Shown here one piece after another: positions 27,029 to 39,219 of a stretch of DNA of 64,000 bases. The notes beneath the pieces are model-generated. The model made no database searches, had not been told where the DNA came from, and saw nothing but the letters and a program-made list of their open reading frames with translations. The DNA lies in NCBI GenBank assembly GCA_964516435.1, contig CAZEZP010000078.1, positions 118,707-182,706 of the forward strand, written 5' to 3'. Position 1 is the stretch's first letter; each line of letters starts with the position of its first letter. Source of the stretch: an uncultured Kofleriaceae bacterium. GTDB lineage: Bacteria; Myxococcota_A; Polyangia; HGW-17. Both the position numbers and the translations under genes were made by a program.

Positions 27029-29704
27029 ATGAAGATGCAGACACTCTCCCTTTCGGTTTTCCTCTCCATCGTTCTGGCGGCTGGATCCGTCTTCGCGCAG
27101 AATCCGCCGATCAACCGTCCTATCAAACCCATGACCCCGGCAGGCCCTTCTGCACCGCCGCCGCCGACACCGCCTCCACCGCCCGGCGGCTACAATCCGC
27201 AGGCCGGAAATCAGCCTGGATCCAAGCAGCCGCCTCCCGGCTCCACGGCGGACGCCGGGTCGGCCAAGGACGACCCCAATTTCAACGAATGCAAGAACAT
27301 CCCGGGTGGCCGCAAACTCAAGGTGACGCTCAAACCGGAGGCCACGCTGGCGGATCTGGTGTCCTGGATTTCCTCCATCACCTGCAAGCGCTTCATCGTG
27401 AGCGCCGGCCTGCGCGCCCAGCGGGTCACCATCTACAGCCCGTCCGAGGTCACGGCATTCGAGGCGTACAAGGCTTTCCTCTCGGCGCTCGAATCCATGA
27501 ACCTGACGATCGTGCAGACGGGATCCTATTACAAGGTGGTGGAAATCCAGGGCGCCAACAGTAATATCATGCCGCTTCGGCGCCCCGGAGAAGACATTCC
27601 CGACAATGAAAGTTTCACGACGGCCATGATCCGCGTGAAGCACGCGAGCGTTCAGGAAATCGCCGAAGTCCTCGGGAAATTCAAGTCGAAGTATGGTGAT
27701 ATTACAACATATGCGCCGACGAATCTTTTAATCATTACAGATCTGGGAACGAGTATCAACCGTTTGCTCAAGATCCTGAAGCAACTCGACGTGGAAGGCG
27801 TGCACGACGAACGCGTGTGGGTGCTCAAGGTCAAGCACGCGGATGCCGAGGAAATCGCAGGGAAACTGCTGGAAGTCTTCGAAATTTCGGATTCGGGATC
27901 CAGCGGGTCATCGCCATCCTTCGGCGGCCGTCAAACTGCGGGCGGCCCCAAGGTGTACAATCCCGGCGGCCAGCCGCAGGGGGGCGGCGGCGTGCAGAAC
28001 GTCGGAACCAAGAGTTCCATTTCCAAGATCATCGCCGAGCCGCGCACCAACAGCCTGATCGTGGTGGCCAACGACAAGGCGTATCTGGAATTGTTGGCAC
28101 TGTTCAATAAACTTGATGTCCCGTTGCCGGGCGGTGAGGAAAAAATCAACATCATCTATCTCGAGAATGCCATGGCCGAAGACATGGCCTCGCTGCTCAC
28201 CGCGCTCACGGGTGGCTCGTCCATGGGCCGTACCAGCACTACGCGCAGCACGCGCAGCACGCGCACGTCCACGTCGCGCAACACCAACACCCGCCAGCCG
28301 CAGCAGAATTTCAATCCTGGCGCCAATCCCTGGGGTGCCGGTGGAACCGACAGCATCTTCCAGGGCCCGGTGCAGGTGCAGCCCGACACGGCCACCAACT
28401 CGCTCGTGATCGTGGCGTCCAACAAGGATTTCCTGGCGCTCAAGCGCGTCATCAAGGAACTCGACCGGCCGCGCCGGCAGGTGTTCGTGGAAGTGACCAT
28501 CCTCGAGGTGTCCCTCGACAAGACGCGCAATCTGGGGCTTTCCATGCATGCCGGAGACCCTATCGGTTCCGGAGATAAGCAATCTATCCTGTTTGGCGGA
28601 TCCATCACCAATTCCTCGCTCAACTCCATCGTGCTCAATCCGCTTTCCCTGATGGGCCTGGCCGTGGGCCTGCGCGGGCCTGAAATCAAGGATGCCGAAT
28701 CCCTGCTGGGCATTCCGGGGCTCACCCTCCCTTCCTTCGGCGTCATGTTCCAGGCGCTGCAGACGGACAATGCCGTCAACGTCATCTCCTCGCCGCACAT
28801 CCTGACCACCGACAACGAGGAGGCCGAGATCACCGTGGGCGAGAACGTGCCGTTCCAGAGCGGCTACAGTTCCATCTCCTCGCTTCTGGGCAGTTCCTCC
28901 ACGTCGCTGACTTCGCTTCCCATGGTTTCCGTGCAGCGCCAGGACGTGGCCCTGCGCCTGAAGCTCACCCCGCACGTGAACCAGAGCGATTTCGTGCGCA
29001 TGGAGGTGGAGCAGGAAATCAATGAAGTGAAATCCATCGACCCGATCGTGGGACCCACCACGTCCAAGCGCAAGGCCACGACGGTGGTGGTGGTCAAGGA
29101 TCAGCAGACCGTGGTCATCGGCGGCCTGATCACCGAGAAGACCAAGGAGAATGTGCAGAAGGTGCCGCTTCTGGGCGACATGCCGATTCTGGGATACCTG
29201 TTCAAGACGACGACGCGCGTCAACGAGAAGACCAACCTGCTCATCTTCATCACGCCCTACATCATCCGCGACGAGAGCGACCTGCGCCGGATCTTCATGG
29301 AAAAGGTCAAGTTGCGCAAGGAATTCATCGACAAGTATTCTTCCTTCAAGGACCACGATTTCGAGGCCGACATCAATTACAAGCACAAGCACGGCTTCTT
29401 CGAGGAGATCAACCGTACGGCCGCCCGCATGGAAGAGGAAGTGGTGCAGCGCAAGAAGGCCATGGACGAATACAAGGTGGTGGATTCCTCTGGGCCCGTG
29501 GGGGTGAGCAAGACAGACGTCAGGAAATTGCAGGATATGCTGCAGAAACTGCGCGAGGAACAGGAAGCCGAGCCCGTGGATCCGGGCGCGGAGGATGGCG
29601 GCAAAACGGACGCGCCGCCCGCCGACGCGGTCCGGCCGGATTCGAAGGACGAGAAGAAACCGGCCGATTCCGGCTCGAAGAAACCGAAATCCCTCCAGCG
29701 GTAA
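27029..29704 (+). CDS. gspD: type II secretion system secretin
   Basis: Signal peptide, N0/N1 domains, and the secretin core (VPLLGDMPILGYLFKTTTRVNEKTNLLIFITPYII). Contains low-complexity Pro-rich and STRSTRSTRTS stretches. Confidence 0.92.
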   Translation: MKMQTLSLSVFLSIVLAAGSVFAQNPPINRPIKPMTPAGPSAPPPPTPPPPPGGYNPQAGNQPGSKQPPPGSTADAGSAKDDPNFNECKNIPGGRKLKVTLKPEATLADLVSWISSITCKRFIVSAGLRAQRVTIYSPSEVTAFEAYKAFLSALESMNLTIVQTGSYYKVVEIQGANSNIMPLRRPGEDIPDNESFTTAMIRVKHASVQEIAEVLGKFKSKYGDITTYAPTNLLIITDLGTSINRLLKILKQLDVEGVHDERVWVLKVKHADAEEIAGKLLEVFEISDSGSSGSSPSFGGRQTAGGPKVYNPGGQPQGGGGVQNVGTKSSISKIIAEPRTNSLIVVANDKAYLELLALFNKLDVPLPGGEEKINIIYLENAMAEDMASLLTALTGGSSMGRTSTTRSTRSTRTSTSRNTNTRQPQQNFNPGANPWGAGGTDSIFQGPVQVQPDTATNSLVIVASNKDFLALKRVIKELDRPRRQVFVEVTILEVSLDKTRNLGLSMHAGDPIGSGDKQSILFGGSITNSSLNSIVLNPLSLMGLAVGLRGPEIKDAESLLGIPGLTLPSFGVMFQALQTDNAVNVISSPHILTTDNEEAEITVGENVPFQSGYSSISSLLGSSSTSLTSLPMVSVQRQDVALRLKLTPHVNQSDFVRMEVEQEINEVKSIDPIVGPTTSKRKATTVVVVKDQQTVVIGGLITEKTKENVQKVPLLGDMPILGYLFKTTTRVNEKTNLLIFITPYIIRDESDLRRIFMEKVKLRKEFIDKYSSFKDHDFEADINYKHKHGFFEEINRTAARMEEEVVQRKKAMDEYKVVDSSGPVGVSKTDVRKLQDMLQKLREEQEAEPVDPGAEDGGKTDAPPADAVRPDSKDEKKPADSGSKKPKSLQR

Positions 29705-29715
29705 GGAATGCACCC

Positions 29716-31464
<1,749 letters not shown>

Positions 31465-31478
31465 CACGAGGAGCCGCC

Positions 31479-32714
31479 ATGCCGCTGTATGCCTACAAAT
31501 GCCTGGATGCCAAGGGAAAGACGGTCAAGGGCACCCGGGATGCCGACACCGAGAAGGCCCTGCGGGCGCTTTTGCGCAAGGAAGGCCTTTTCCTGCAGGA
31601 AGTGCGTCTGGCCACGGAGAAAAAAGGCAGAGGACTCCAGCGCGAGGTGGATTTATCTTTTTTAAACAAGGTATCTTCCGCCTCCGTGGCCGTGTTCACC
31701 CGCCAGTTGGCTACCCTGCTCAAGGCGGGCGTGCCGCTGACCGAAAGCCTGGCGGCCATCGCGGATCAGTTGCAGAGTGACAAAGGACAGAGAAAACTCG
31801 CGGCGCTGGTGGCCGATGTGCGCCGGGTGGTCAACGAGGGCCGCTCGCTGGCGGAAGCCCTGCAGCAGCATCCCAGGGAATTCAATGAATTCTACGTATC
31901 CATGGTGCGTTCCGGCGAAGCCGCCGGCAATCTCGATTCCGTGCTCTTCACGCTGGCGGATTTCCTGGAGCGCCAGCGCCGCCTCAAGGACAAGGTGTCC
32001 TCGGCCATGACCTATCCCGTCATCATGATGTTCATCACGGCGGGCATGGTGGGGCTGCTCATGACCACGGTCGTGCCCAATGTGGTGACGGTATTCGAGG
32101 ACAGCGGCCAGGTGCTGCCCATCTATACGCGCCTGCTCATCGGTGTGAGCCATTTCGTGGGCTCCTACTGGTTCTGGATGCTTCTGTTCCTTGCCGCGGC
32201 CATCTACGGCTTCCGCAAATGGAAGAATTCCCCATCCGGGCGGCGGCGCTGGGATCGCTTCGTGCTCAAGGCTCCGCTGGCGGGCAATCTCGCGCGCATC
32301 CTGGCCGTGTCGCGCTTCTCGAGCACGCTGGGCACCATGCTGCGCTCCGGGGTGCCCATCCTGCAGTCCCTGGAGATCGCCAAGAGCGTCATGGGCAACA
32401 CGCGCCTGCAGGAGGTGGTCGACGACGTGGCCGTGGCCGTGCGCGAAGGCGAGAGCATGGCGCGCGTCATGGAGCGCTCCGGCGAGTTTCCGCCGCTGGT
32501 GAGCCACATGGTCGCCATCGGCGAGAAATCCGGGCAACTCGACCAGATGCTGCACAACGTGGCCCAGGCCTACGACAACGAACTGGAAACGAGCCTCTCC
32601 CGGCTCACCTCCGTGCTCGAACCGCTCATGATTCTTTTCATGGGTGGTATGGTTGCTTTTATTGTATTTTCAATACTCATGCCGATCATGCAAATGAATA
32701 ATATTGGTTTCTGA
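31479..32714 (+). CDS. gspF: type II secretion system inner-membrane platform protein
   Basis: Duplicated GspF/PilC cytoplasmic domains with three TM segments. GAGGAG Shine-Dalgarno before MPLYAYKCLD. Confidence 0.9.
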   Translation: MPLYAYKCLDAKGKTVKGTRDADTEKALRALLRKEGLFLQEVRLATEKKGRGLQREVDLSFLNKVSSASVAVFTRQLATLLKAGVPLTESLAAIADQLQSDKGQRKLAALVADVRRVVNEGRSLAEALQQHPREFNEFYVSMVRSGEAAGNLDSVLFTLADFLERQRRLKDKVSSAMTYPVIMMFITAGMVGLLMTTVVPNVVTVFEDSGQVLPIYTRLLIGVSHFVGSYWFWMLLFLAAAIYGFRKWKNSPSGRRRWDRFVLKAPLAGNLARILAVSRFSSTLGTMLRSGVPILQSLEIAKSVMGNTRLQEVVDDVAVAVREGESMARVMERSGEFPPLVSHMVAIGEKSGQLDQMLHNVAQAYDNELETSLSRLTSVLEPLMILFMGGMVAFIVFSILMPIMQMNNIGF

Positions 32715-32730
32715 TTCAAGGAGATAACTC

Positions 32731-33171
32731 ATGGAAAACACCGAAATCACCCTCGAAAATACCGCTTCTCCCGCCCGGAACGAAAAGCCCCGCCGCAAGC
32801 CGTACGGCATGACGCTCATCGAAATCATGGTGGTCATCGTCATCATGGGTATGGTCATGGGTGCCGTGACGGTGGGTGTGATGTCGTACCTCAAGAAGGC
32901 CAAGAAGAAGACCACGCAGACCCAGGTCAACCGCATCGCGGCCACCATCAACGCGGAAGCCGCCGAGCCCGAGAACAAGGGCAAGGACGCCAAGGCCATC
33001 CTGGAGGGGCTGGTTTCCGACGGCTCCTTCAAGAAGAAGGATCTGCTCGATGCCTGGGGCAACGAAATCCGCGTGGAGAAGCAGGATCGCACGTTCTGCG
33101 TGATTTCGGCCGGCGCCGACGAGAGTTTCGGCACGGGCGACGACATCAAGGACGAGGACTGCGGTGAGTGA
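32731..33171 (+). CDS. gspG: major pseudopilin
   Basis: Prepilin motif G|MTLIEIMVVIVIMG with Glu at +5. AAGGAG Shine-Dalgarno before the ATG. The leader peptide is unusually long at 26 aa. Confidence 0.85.
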   Translation: MENTEITLENTASPARNEKPRRKPYGMTLIEIMVVIVIMGMVMGAVTVGVMSYLKKAKKKTTQTQVNRIAATINAEAAEPENKGKDAKAILEGLVSDGSFKKKDLLDAWGNEIRVEKQDRTFCVISAGADESFGTGDDIKDEDCGE

Positions 33172-33943
33172 ACCCTTCCCGGATGGAATGCCCCGAAAAG
33201 CGCGAAACTGCCGGCTGGAGAGGACCGGGTTGCATGAAACTGGCTTCACGCTGGTGGAAGTACTCACGGTCGTCATCATCGCGGCGCTGCTGTCGGCCGC
33301 CGTGGCCGCGGGCTTTTCCCAGGTGCCCCGCATGAAACTGCGCGAGGCCGCCCGCAAGATGTCCGGCATCATCCGCTTCGTTTCGGGGCGTGCGCGCACG
33401 TCGCGCACCATCCTGCGCCTGGTCATGGATCTGGACCGCGAGGGCTCCACGGTCACCCTGCAGCAGTATCCGCCGGGACAGCCGGCCCCGGTGCGGGACC
33501 CGCGAATCGAGGAGGAAACCGCGGAAAACCTGGAATGGCGCTATGAGAACTGGGTGCGTTTCGACCCGGCCAATCCGGTGGGCCCACTGGGGCCGGCGGA
33601 TACCGGAAAACCGTTCCTGCCGCCTGTAAGCCAGTGGGAAGAGTTGAAGACCGGACTCAAGGCGAGTTTCGCCCTGGAGGACGTGCGCATCGCCCGCGTG
33701 GTGTTTCCCTGCCTCGGTCAGGAATTCGAGGAAGGCAAGGTGGGGCTCGTCTTCCATCCCGACGGCACCAACGAGGGCGCGGTGATCCTGCTGCGCTCCT
33801 CGGGGGATCACGAAATCAGCCTCATCGTGGATCCCATGGACGGCTCCATCCGCTACGAATCCGGATTCACGGTCCCATCCGACCTGTGCGTGGATGCCGC
33901 GGGCAACGAACTGCCGGCAGGAGGCGAAGACGATGCGCAATGA
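33164..33943 (+). CDS. gspH: minor pseudopilin (GspH-like)
   Basis: Prepilin motif G|FTLVEVLTVVII. The listed ORF starts at GTG 33164. An in-frame TTG at 33230 with a GGAGAGG Shine-Dalgarno would give a canonical 5-aa leader (MHETG), so the true start is uncertain. Confidence 0.6.
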   Translation: MSEPFPDGMPRKARNCRLERTGLHETGFTLVEVLTVVIIAALLSAAVAAGFSQVPRMKLREAARKMSGIIRFVSGRARTSRTILRLVMDLDREGSTVTLQQYPPGQPAPVRDPRIEEETAENLEWRYENWVRFDPANPVGPLGPADTGKPFLPPVSQWEELKTGLKASFALEDVRIARVVFPCLGQEFEEGKVGLVFHPDGTNEGAVILLRSSGDHEISLIVDPMDGSIRYESGFTVPSDLCVDAAGNELPAGGEDDAQ

Positions 33944-34658
33944 ATCCGGCTTCACCCTGCTGGAAGTGATGGTCGCGCTGACCATCCTGGGCATGTCGCT
34001 TTTGTGGCTGCTCAAGGGACAGGCGGATTCGCTCGCGCGCAACATCGGCGCGCGCATGCGCCTGCAGGGAATCCATCTGGCCAACTATAAAATGCTGGAA
34101 ACGGAGCAGTTGATGCGCAAGGAGGGATGCGGCACGTTCGAGGGAGAGACGTGCGGGGATTTCGAATCCGATCACCTCGAGGGCGTGGAGCAGTTCCGCT
34201 ACTGTGTTTCCATCGAGAAAATCGAATTGCCCGATTTGTCCATGTTCACCCAGCAACTCTCCGGCGCCCTGGGGGGCTCGGACACCACGGGCGCGGCCGA
34301 TGCGGCAGCCGCCGGCGACATGCAGTTGCCGCCCTTCTTCCAGGACATCCTCTCCCAGTTGATTCCCGGCGGGGGCGGCGACGTGCTTTCGGGACTCTCC
34401 GGCATGATGGGCAACATATTGACCATGGCCATTTCGACCATCCAGAACGTGCTCGAGCAGGCCGTGCGCCGCGTCCGGGTGACGGTGTTCTGGAACCTGG
34501 GAAAACGTCAAAAATCCTATGAACTGATAGCCTTTTTCACGGATCCCACGGTGCTCGACCAGAACATCCTCGATCTTTCGGGACTGGCTGGTTCTCTGAC
34601 GGGAGGATCCTCCCCGTCCGGCGGAACAAATCCCGCTTCCGGAGGCCGAATTCCATGA
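33933..34658 (+). CDS. gspI: minor pseudopilin (GspI-like, extended)
   Basis: MRNESG|FTLLEVMVALTILG prepilin N-terminus. At 241 aa it is longer than a typical GspI. Confidence 0.6.
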   Translation: MRNESGFTLLEVMVALTILGMSLLWLLKGQADSLARNIGARMRLQGIHLANYKMLETEQLMRKEGCGTFEGETCGDFESDHLEGVEQFRYCVSIEKIELPDLSMFTQQLSGALGGSDTTGAADAAAAGDMQLPPFFQDILSQLIPGGGGDVLSGLSGMMGNILTMAISTIQNVLEQAVRRVRVTVFWNLGKRQKSYELIAFFTDPTVLDQNILDLSGLAGSLTGGSSPSGGTNPASGGRIP

Positions 34659-35485
34659 AACGGCCGCTCGGTTTCACCCTGGTGGAAATGATCGTAGCCA
34701 TGACGCTGGTGGCGTTCATGTCCTTCCTGCTCATTTCCACGGTGCGCACCACGCGCGCGGCCCAGGCCGTTTCCGAGGAGCGCTCCGAGCGCACGTTCGC
34801 CGCCGCCGCCGCCCTGGACATGCTGGTTTCGGATATCAATATGGCCTACCTGTCCATGGCCGAAGACGCCACGGTGGAGTTCAAACGCACTTTTTTCAAG
34901 GCTGTCTTCGACCTGGGCGGCATGGACGTGATGTTTTCCACGCTCTCGCACCGTCCTTCTTCGCGCAATGCCAAGGAATCCGATTCCTGCGTGGTGCATT
35001 ACCGCCTGGAGAGGGATCCGGAGAGCAAGGGCCGCTATTCCCTCGTGCGCAGCGAGTCCTACCGGCTGGAAGCCTCCGACCCGCTCAATCTGCCGGCCCG
35101 TACCCGCCGCCTCGTGCGCGGCGTGGCCGTTTTCGAGATGTGGTTTTTCGATCCGACGCGCGACGAATGGATCGACACCTGGGACACCACCACGCTCGAC
35201 GGCCAGAACCAGCGGCTGCCTTCGCTCGTGCGCATCCATCTGGGCGTGGATACGGGCACCGGCTTCATCATGCATTTCCACACCATGGCGCGGCCGCACA
35301 TCCAGGAGCCGCTCAACCTGCTTCCGGCGACGGGCCGCGTGACGCAGTTCAAGACCCAGGAAGGAACCCGCGGCGGCAGCAGCGACGGGTCCAGGCCTTC
35401 GGATGGCTCCTCGCGCCCGTCGCGCCCCGACGGCGGCGGCCCGTCGCGCCCGGTGCGGCCCATCGAAATGCCCAAGGTGCAGTGA
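34655..35485 (+). CDS. gspJ: minor pseudopilin (GspJ-like)
   Basis: MKRPLG|FTLVEMIVAMTLVAF prepilin N-terminus. ATGA overlap with the previous gene. Confidence 0.6.
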   Translation: MKRPLGFTLVEMIVAMTLVAFMSFLLISTVRTTRAAQAVSEERSERTFAAAAALDMLVSDINMAYLSMAEDATVEFKRTFFKAVFDLGGMDVMFSTLSHRPSSRNAKESDSCVVHYRLERDPESKGRYSLVRSESYRLEASDPLNLPARTRRLVRGVAVFEMWFFDPTRDEWIDTWDTTTLDGQNQRLPSLVRIHLGVDTGTGFIMHFHTMARPHIQEPLNLLPATGRVTQFKTQEGTRGGSSDGSRPSDGSSRPSRPDGGGPSRPVRPIEMPKVQ

Positions 35486-35487
35486 CC

Positions 35488-36747
35488 ATGCGCAGCGCGA
35501 CGCCTTTCTCCCGTCCCTCCCCTTCCCGCGGCCAGCGGGGCGTGGCCCTGCTGGTGGTGGCGTTCGGCCTGTCGCTGGTGGCGGTGCTTGTCCAGATCTT
35601 CATCTATCGCAGCCAGATCCACCACCGCAGTGCGATCGCCGAGGGGGAACGGCTGCGCGCCCGCTACTACGCCTATTCCACGCTGGAGATCGCGCGCATC
35701 TTCCTGCGGGTGCAGGCCAAGTTCATCGACAACAATTCCATGGCCCAGAATCTGGGTCTGGACATGACGCAACTGGTGCCCACGATCATTCCGCTCTTCT
35801 TCGACGAAGGACTTGCATCGAAGATGCTGGGCGGGGAAGCACTCGGACTGGGCGCCTTGCCGGAAAAGGGTTCGGGCGTGCTCGACGTGTTCCGCCCGGA
35901 GGAAGGCCGCATCAATGTCAATTGCGCCTACAACTCCACACAACTGGAGCGCTTCAACCAGTTGACGCTGGGCCTCTTTCTGGACCGCCGCTACGACGAA
36001 CTCTTCGGACGTGTGCTCGACGACGGCCAGACGCTGGACCGGCCGTCACAGGTGGCCGCCATCGTGGATTACATCGATCTGGATCAGAGTTCCACGGGAA
36101 GCACCGAAGATGAAAACTCGTATTACAAGAATCTTCCACAACCCAGCCTGTCTCGAAACAATCTGCTGGATACGGTGAGCGATCTTCGCCTGATTCGCGG
36201 CGTGGACGACATCTTCTGGGCCAATTTCGGCTCCAGTTTCAGCGTCTACGGCGGCTGCCAACTGCACCTGTGCGCCATGGATCCCGAAAACTGGCAACTG
36301 CTCGCGGCCCTCATCGTGCTTACGGCGGTCAATCCCAACGATCCCGTCATCACGGACCCCGTGAAACTCAAACTGCTGGCCGCGACCGTGGCGCCGCAAA
36401 TCCCCGTGCTGTGCCAGGACCTGCAGGCGTTCGTGCAGGCAGTGGCCAATCCGGGCGCGGCGTCCACGCTCATCTCGGGCCTCACGCAGACGTCGGTCGA
36501 GGATTCCGGCGACCTGGGCGGGGATGGCATCGCGGACGCCCAGGTACAGGGCGTGGAACTGGATGCGGCCAAACTGCGCTCGCTCGTGGTGGGCGGCCAG
36601 AAGCGCTATTACCGTCTGCGGGCCGTCGGCGTTTCAGACCAGGCCGCCTTTTCCATCGAGGCCGTCTGGGACCAGTTGGCCGTCTCCACGCAGGCGAACG
36701 CCTCGGCATCGGGTCCGGGCGCCTACATTTACTGGAAAGAAGATTGA
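35488..36747 (+). CDS. gspK: type II secretion system protein K (minor pseudopilin, no E+5)
   Basis: Hydrophobic N-terminus GVALLVVAFGLSLVAV without Glu+5, and a GspK-type EGRINVNCA helix-hairpin-helix region. The real start lies inside a 535-aa read-through frame. Confidence 0.7.
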   Translation: MRSATPFSRPSPSRGQRGVALLVVAFGLSLVAVLVQIFIYRSQIHHRSAIAEGERLRARYYAYSTLEIARIFLRVQAKFIDNNSMAQNLGLDMTQLVPTIIPLFFDEGLASKMLGGEALGLGALPEKGSGVLDVFRPEEGRINVNCAYNSTQLERFNQLTLGLFLDRRYDELFGRVLDDGQTLDRPSQVAAIVDYIDLDQSSTGSTEDENSYYKNLPQPSLSRNNLLDTVSDLRLIRGVDDIFWANFGSSFSVYGGCQLHLCAMDPENWQLLAALIVLTAVNPNDPVITDPVKLKLLAATVAPQIPVLCQDLQAFVQAVANPGAASTLISGLTQTSVEDSGDLGGDGIADAQVQGVELDAAKLRSLVVGGQKRYYRLRAVGVSDQAAFSIEAVWDQLAVSTQANASASGPGAYIYWKED

Positions 36748-36756
36748 GGTCGGCTC

Positions 36757-38505
36757 ATGACATTGTGCGGATCCATCGATATCGGCTCCTCCACCCTGGC
36801 CGGGTGCGTCGTGGAAAAGAATCGCGCGGGCGTGCGCGTGCTGCGCTATGAAGTCCTTCCCCGTCCCGCCGATGCGGAAGGCTTTTCCGCGGCCCTGCGG
36901 GAACTGGCCGCGCGCCTGGATTTCTCCCATGTGCGGCACGTGGCGGCCAACGTGGACGGTCCCCTGTTCGTGCGCAACCTGGAATTTCCATTCGCGGACC
37001 TGAAGAAGGTGGAGCCCCTGGTGAACTACGAGCTCGACGAGCAGATTCCCGGGGACGTGGAAGACATGGTGGTGGTGACGGTGCCCACGGTTCTCAGGGA
37101 GAAGACCGAGGTGCTGGCGGCGGCCGTCCCGCGGGAGACCATTTCTGCCCAACTGCAGGCGTTTGCGCAGGCGGGCATCCAGCCGTACCGCCTGGTGCAT
37201 CCCGCCGCGCGCGCCGCGATTCTGGCGGGTGCGGAAAAAGGCTGCACGGCGGTCATCGACATCGGGGCCACCCTGACCCATCTGGCCGCCGTTGTGGACG
37301 GCCGCCTGCGTTCCGTGCGGACATGGGCCGAAGGCATGGAATCCCTGGTCAGCGCGCTGGCTGCCTACAGTTCACAGAATCCAGAACAGATTCGTTCCTG
37401 GCTCTCTTCTTCGGGGCACATCCAGCCGCCCGTTCCCGGCGAGGAAGGGTACGAGGAGGTCATCCGTTCGTCCATGGGCCGCGCCTTCGAAGAATGGCGG
37501 CGTTTCCTGCTGCAGGCGCAGGCCCGCCACGGCGTGCCGGTCTCCCGGCTGGTGCTGTGCGGCGCCGGCGCGCGGTTGGCCGGATTGGCCGCTGTGGCGG
37601 CTTCCTTCTTCGAGATTCCCGTGCAGATCGCCCAGATTCCAGGCGACGTCCCGGATCCCAAGCGCGCATCCGTGGCCGCGCAGGCGCTGTCGTGCCTGCA
37701 GCCGGAAATCCTCAATTTCCGCCGTGGCGAATTCGCGTATGGCTCCGGGGAGAGCCTCGTCAAGAAGAAGGCTCTGGCCATCGCGTGGGGATTGAGCCTC
37801 TTCTTCCTGATGACCTCCGTATCCGCCCTGTTCACCCTGTGGCGCCTCGAGAGGGAAGAGAAGGATGCGCTCGAGCGCCTGGGGCGGATCAGCGGGGAAG
37901 TGCTAGGCAAGACCACCTACAATCCGGCTTCCGTGCGCAAGCAGGTCAAGCAGCGTTCCCAGAAGGGCGCGCGCGCTTCCTCCGGTGCCCAGTTGCCTTC
38001 CATGAGCGCCTGGACGCTTCTGAGCCTGATTTCCCAGAACCTGCCGGAAAATGCCCTGCGCGCATCCGGAAATCCGGCGCCGGAGGCTCCGGGAACAGCG
38101 GAAAAGAAAGAGGAAAAGAAGGAAGAATCGCCGGAAACCGCCAAGACCGAGGCCGCCAGGCCGGCGGATTCGGGCAGTCCATCGGGTTCGGATGCGAAAG
38201 CCGGCGTTCCGGGCGAAAGCGCCGAAAACAAGCCGGATTCCGGCAAGGAGGGCGACAGGAAGGAAGAAAAGAAGGAAGAGCCCATTTCCCCGGTCGTGGT
38301 GGACATCCAGAAACTGCACATCCGCTCCGGCAAGGTGACCCTGGGCGGCGTCGTCACCAAGGCCCAGGAGGTGGATGAAATCGTGCGCGCGCTCAAGCGC
38401 ATCCCCTGCTTCCAGGAGATTGCTCCGGGCGCCATCAAGACGGTGGGTTCGGGAGCGGACGAAAAGCGCGAATTCTCCATCGAAATCACGATGGACTGCC
38501 TGTAG
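36757..38505 (+). CDS. gspL: type II secretion system protein L (actin-like cytoplasmic domain + TM + periplasmic domain)
   Basis: N-terminal GSIDIGSSTL PilM/GspL actin-like fold, a single TM helix (LAIAWGLSLFFLMTSVSALFTLW), and a K/E-rich linker. Confidence 0.65.
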   Translation: MTLCGSIDIGSSTLAGCVVEKNRAGVRVLRYEVLPRPADAEGFSAALRELAARLDFSHVRHVAANVDGPLFVRNLEFPFADLKKVEPLVNYELDEQIPGDVEDMVVVTVPTVLREKTEVLAAAVPRETISAQLQAFAQAGIQPYRLVHPAARAAILAGAEKGCTAVIDIGATLTHLAAVVDGRLRSVRTWAEGMESLVSALAAYSSQNPEQIRSWLSSSGHIQPPVPGEEGYEEVIRSSMGRAFEEWRRFLLQAQARHGVPVSRLVLCGAGARLAGLAAVAASFFEIPVQIAQIPGDVPDPKRASVAAQALSCLQPEILNFRRGEFAYGSGESLVKKKALAIAWGLSLFFLMTSVSALFTLWRLEREEKDALERLGRISGEVLGKTTYNPASVRKQVKQRSQKGARASSGAQLPSMSAWTLLSLISQNLPENALRASGNPAPEAPGTAEKKEEKKEESPETAKTEAARPADSGSPSGSDAKAGVPGESAENKPDSGKEGDRKEEKKEEPISPVVVDIQKLHIRSGKVTLGGVVTKAQEVDEIVRALKRIPCFQEIAPGAIKTVGSGADEKREFSIEITMDCL

Positions 38506-38523
38506 CCGGGGGGAGGTGGACAC

Positions 38524-39171
38524 ATGAATTTCACGCAACGCATCGAAAACGCCTATGACCAACTCGCCCCACGGGAACGCCGCGTGGTGGTGGCGCTTTT
38601 GTTCGTGGTCGTATTTTTCATTTTCTCGGTGTTCGCATTCTTCATCATCGATGCTTTCGATGAGCGCCGGGAACGCATCCGGGCCATCGAGGACGCCATT
38701 TCGCTTCTCCAGAAGAATGCGCCGCAACTGCAGGAGAAGCAGGAGAGTCTGGGCAGCCTGGAATTCAAGGCCGTACAGAAGCCGCCCTCCCTGCAGGGGC
38801 ATCTGGACCAGTTGGCCACCCAGGTGGGCCTTTCGCCCAACTTCACGCCCCAGAAGCCCAAGGATCTGGGCGACAACCAGGAATACCAGGTGGAAAGCGT
38901 GGAAGTGCGCTTCAACGACGCCCCGATCGCGAGTTTCATCCAGTTTCTCGACAGCATCGAGAAAGGCGCCAGCCTGATTCTGGTCACCGAGATCAAGCTC
39001 AACACGCGCCGCGGGCAGCCGGATCGCATCGATCCTACGATAGTTGTAAGTAGTTATTACAAGAGAAGTGCTGAAGAATTGAAACAATTGCATGAAAAAG
39101 CCTTGGATGAAAAAAACAAAGGCAAGAGTAGTGACAGCAAAGACGAAAAACCCGTGACCGATGAGATTTGA
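38524..39171 (+). CDS. gspM: type II secretion system protein M
   Basis: Bitopic protein with an N-terminal TM helix (VVVALLFVVVFFIFSVFAFFII) and the position and size typical of GspM. The C-terminal 45 aa are encoded by an AT-rich K-rich tail. Confidence 0.6.
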   Translation: MNFTQRIENAYDQLAPRERRVVVALLFVVVFFIFSVFAFFIIDAFDERRERIRAIEDAISLLQKNAPQLQEKQESLGSLEFKAVQKPPSLQGHLDQLATQVGLSPNFTPQKPKDLGDNQEYQVESVEVRFNDAPIASFIQFLDSIEKGASLILVTEIKLNTRRGQPDRIDPTIVVSSYYKRSAEELKQLHEKALDEKNKGKSSDSKDEKPVTDEI

Positions 39172-39219
39172 CATGGCTTGTAAGAAGCCCGTCCACATCG
39201 GGAAGGGAGTTGGACCCTC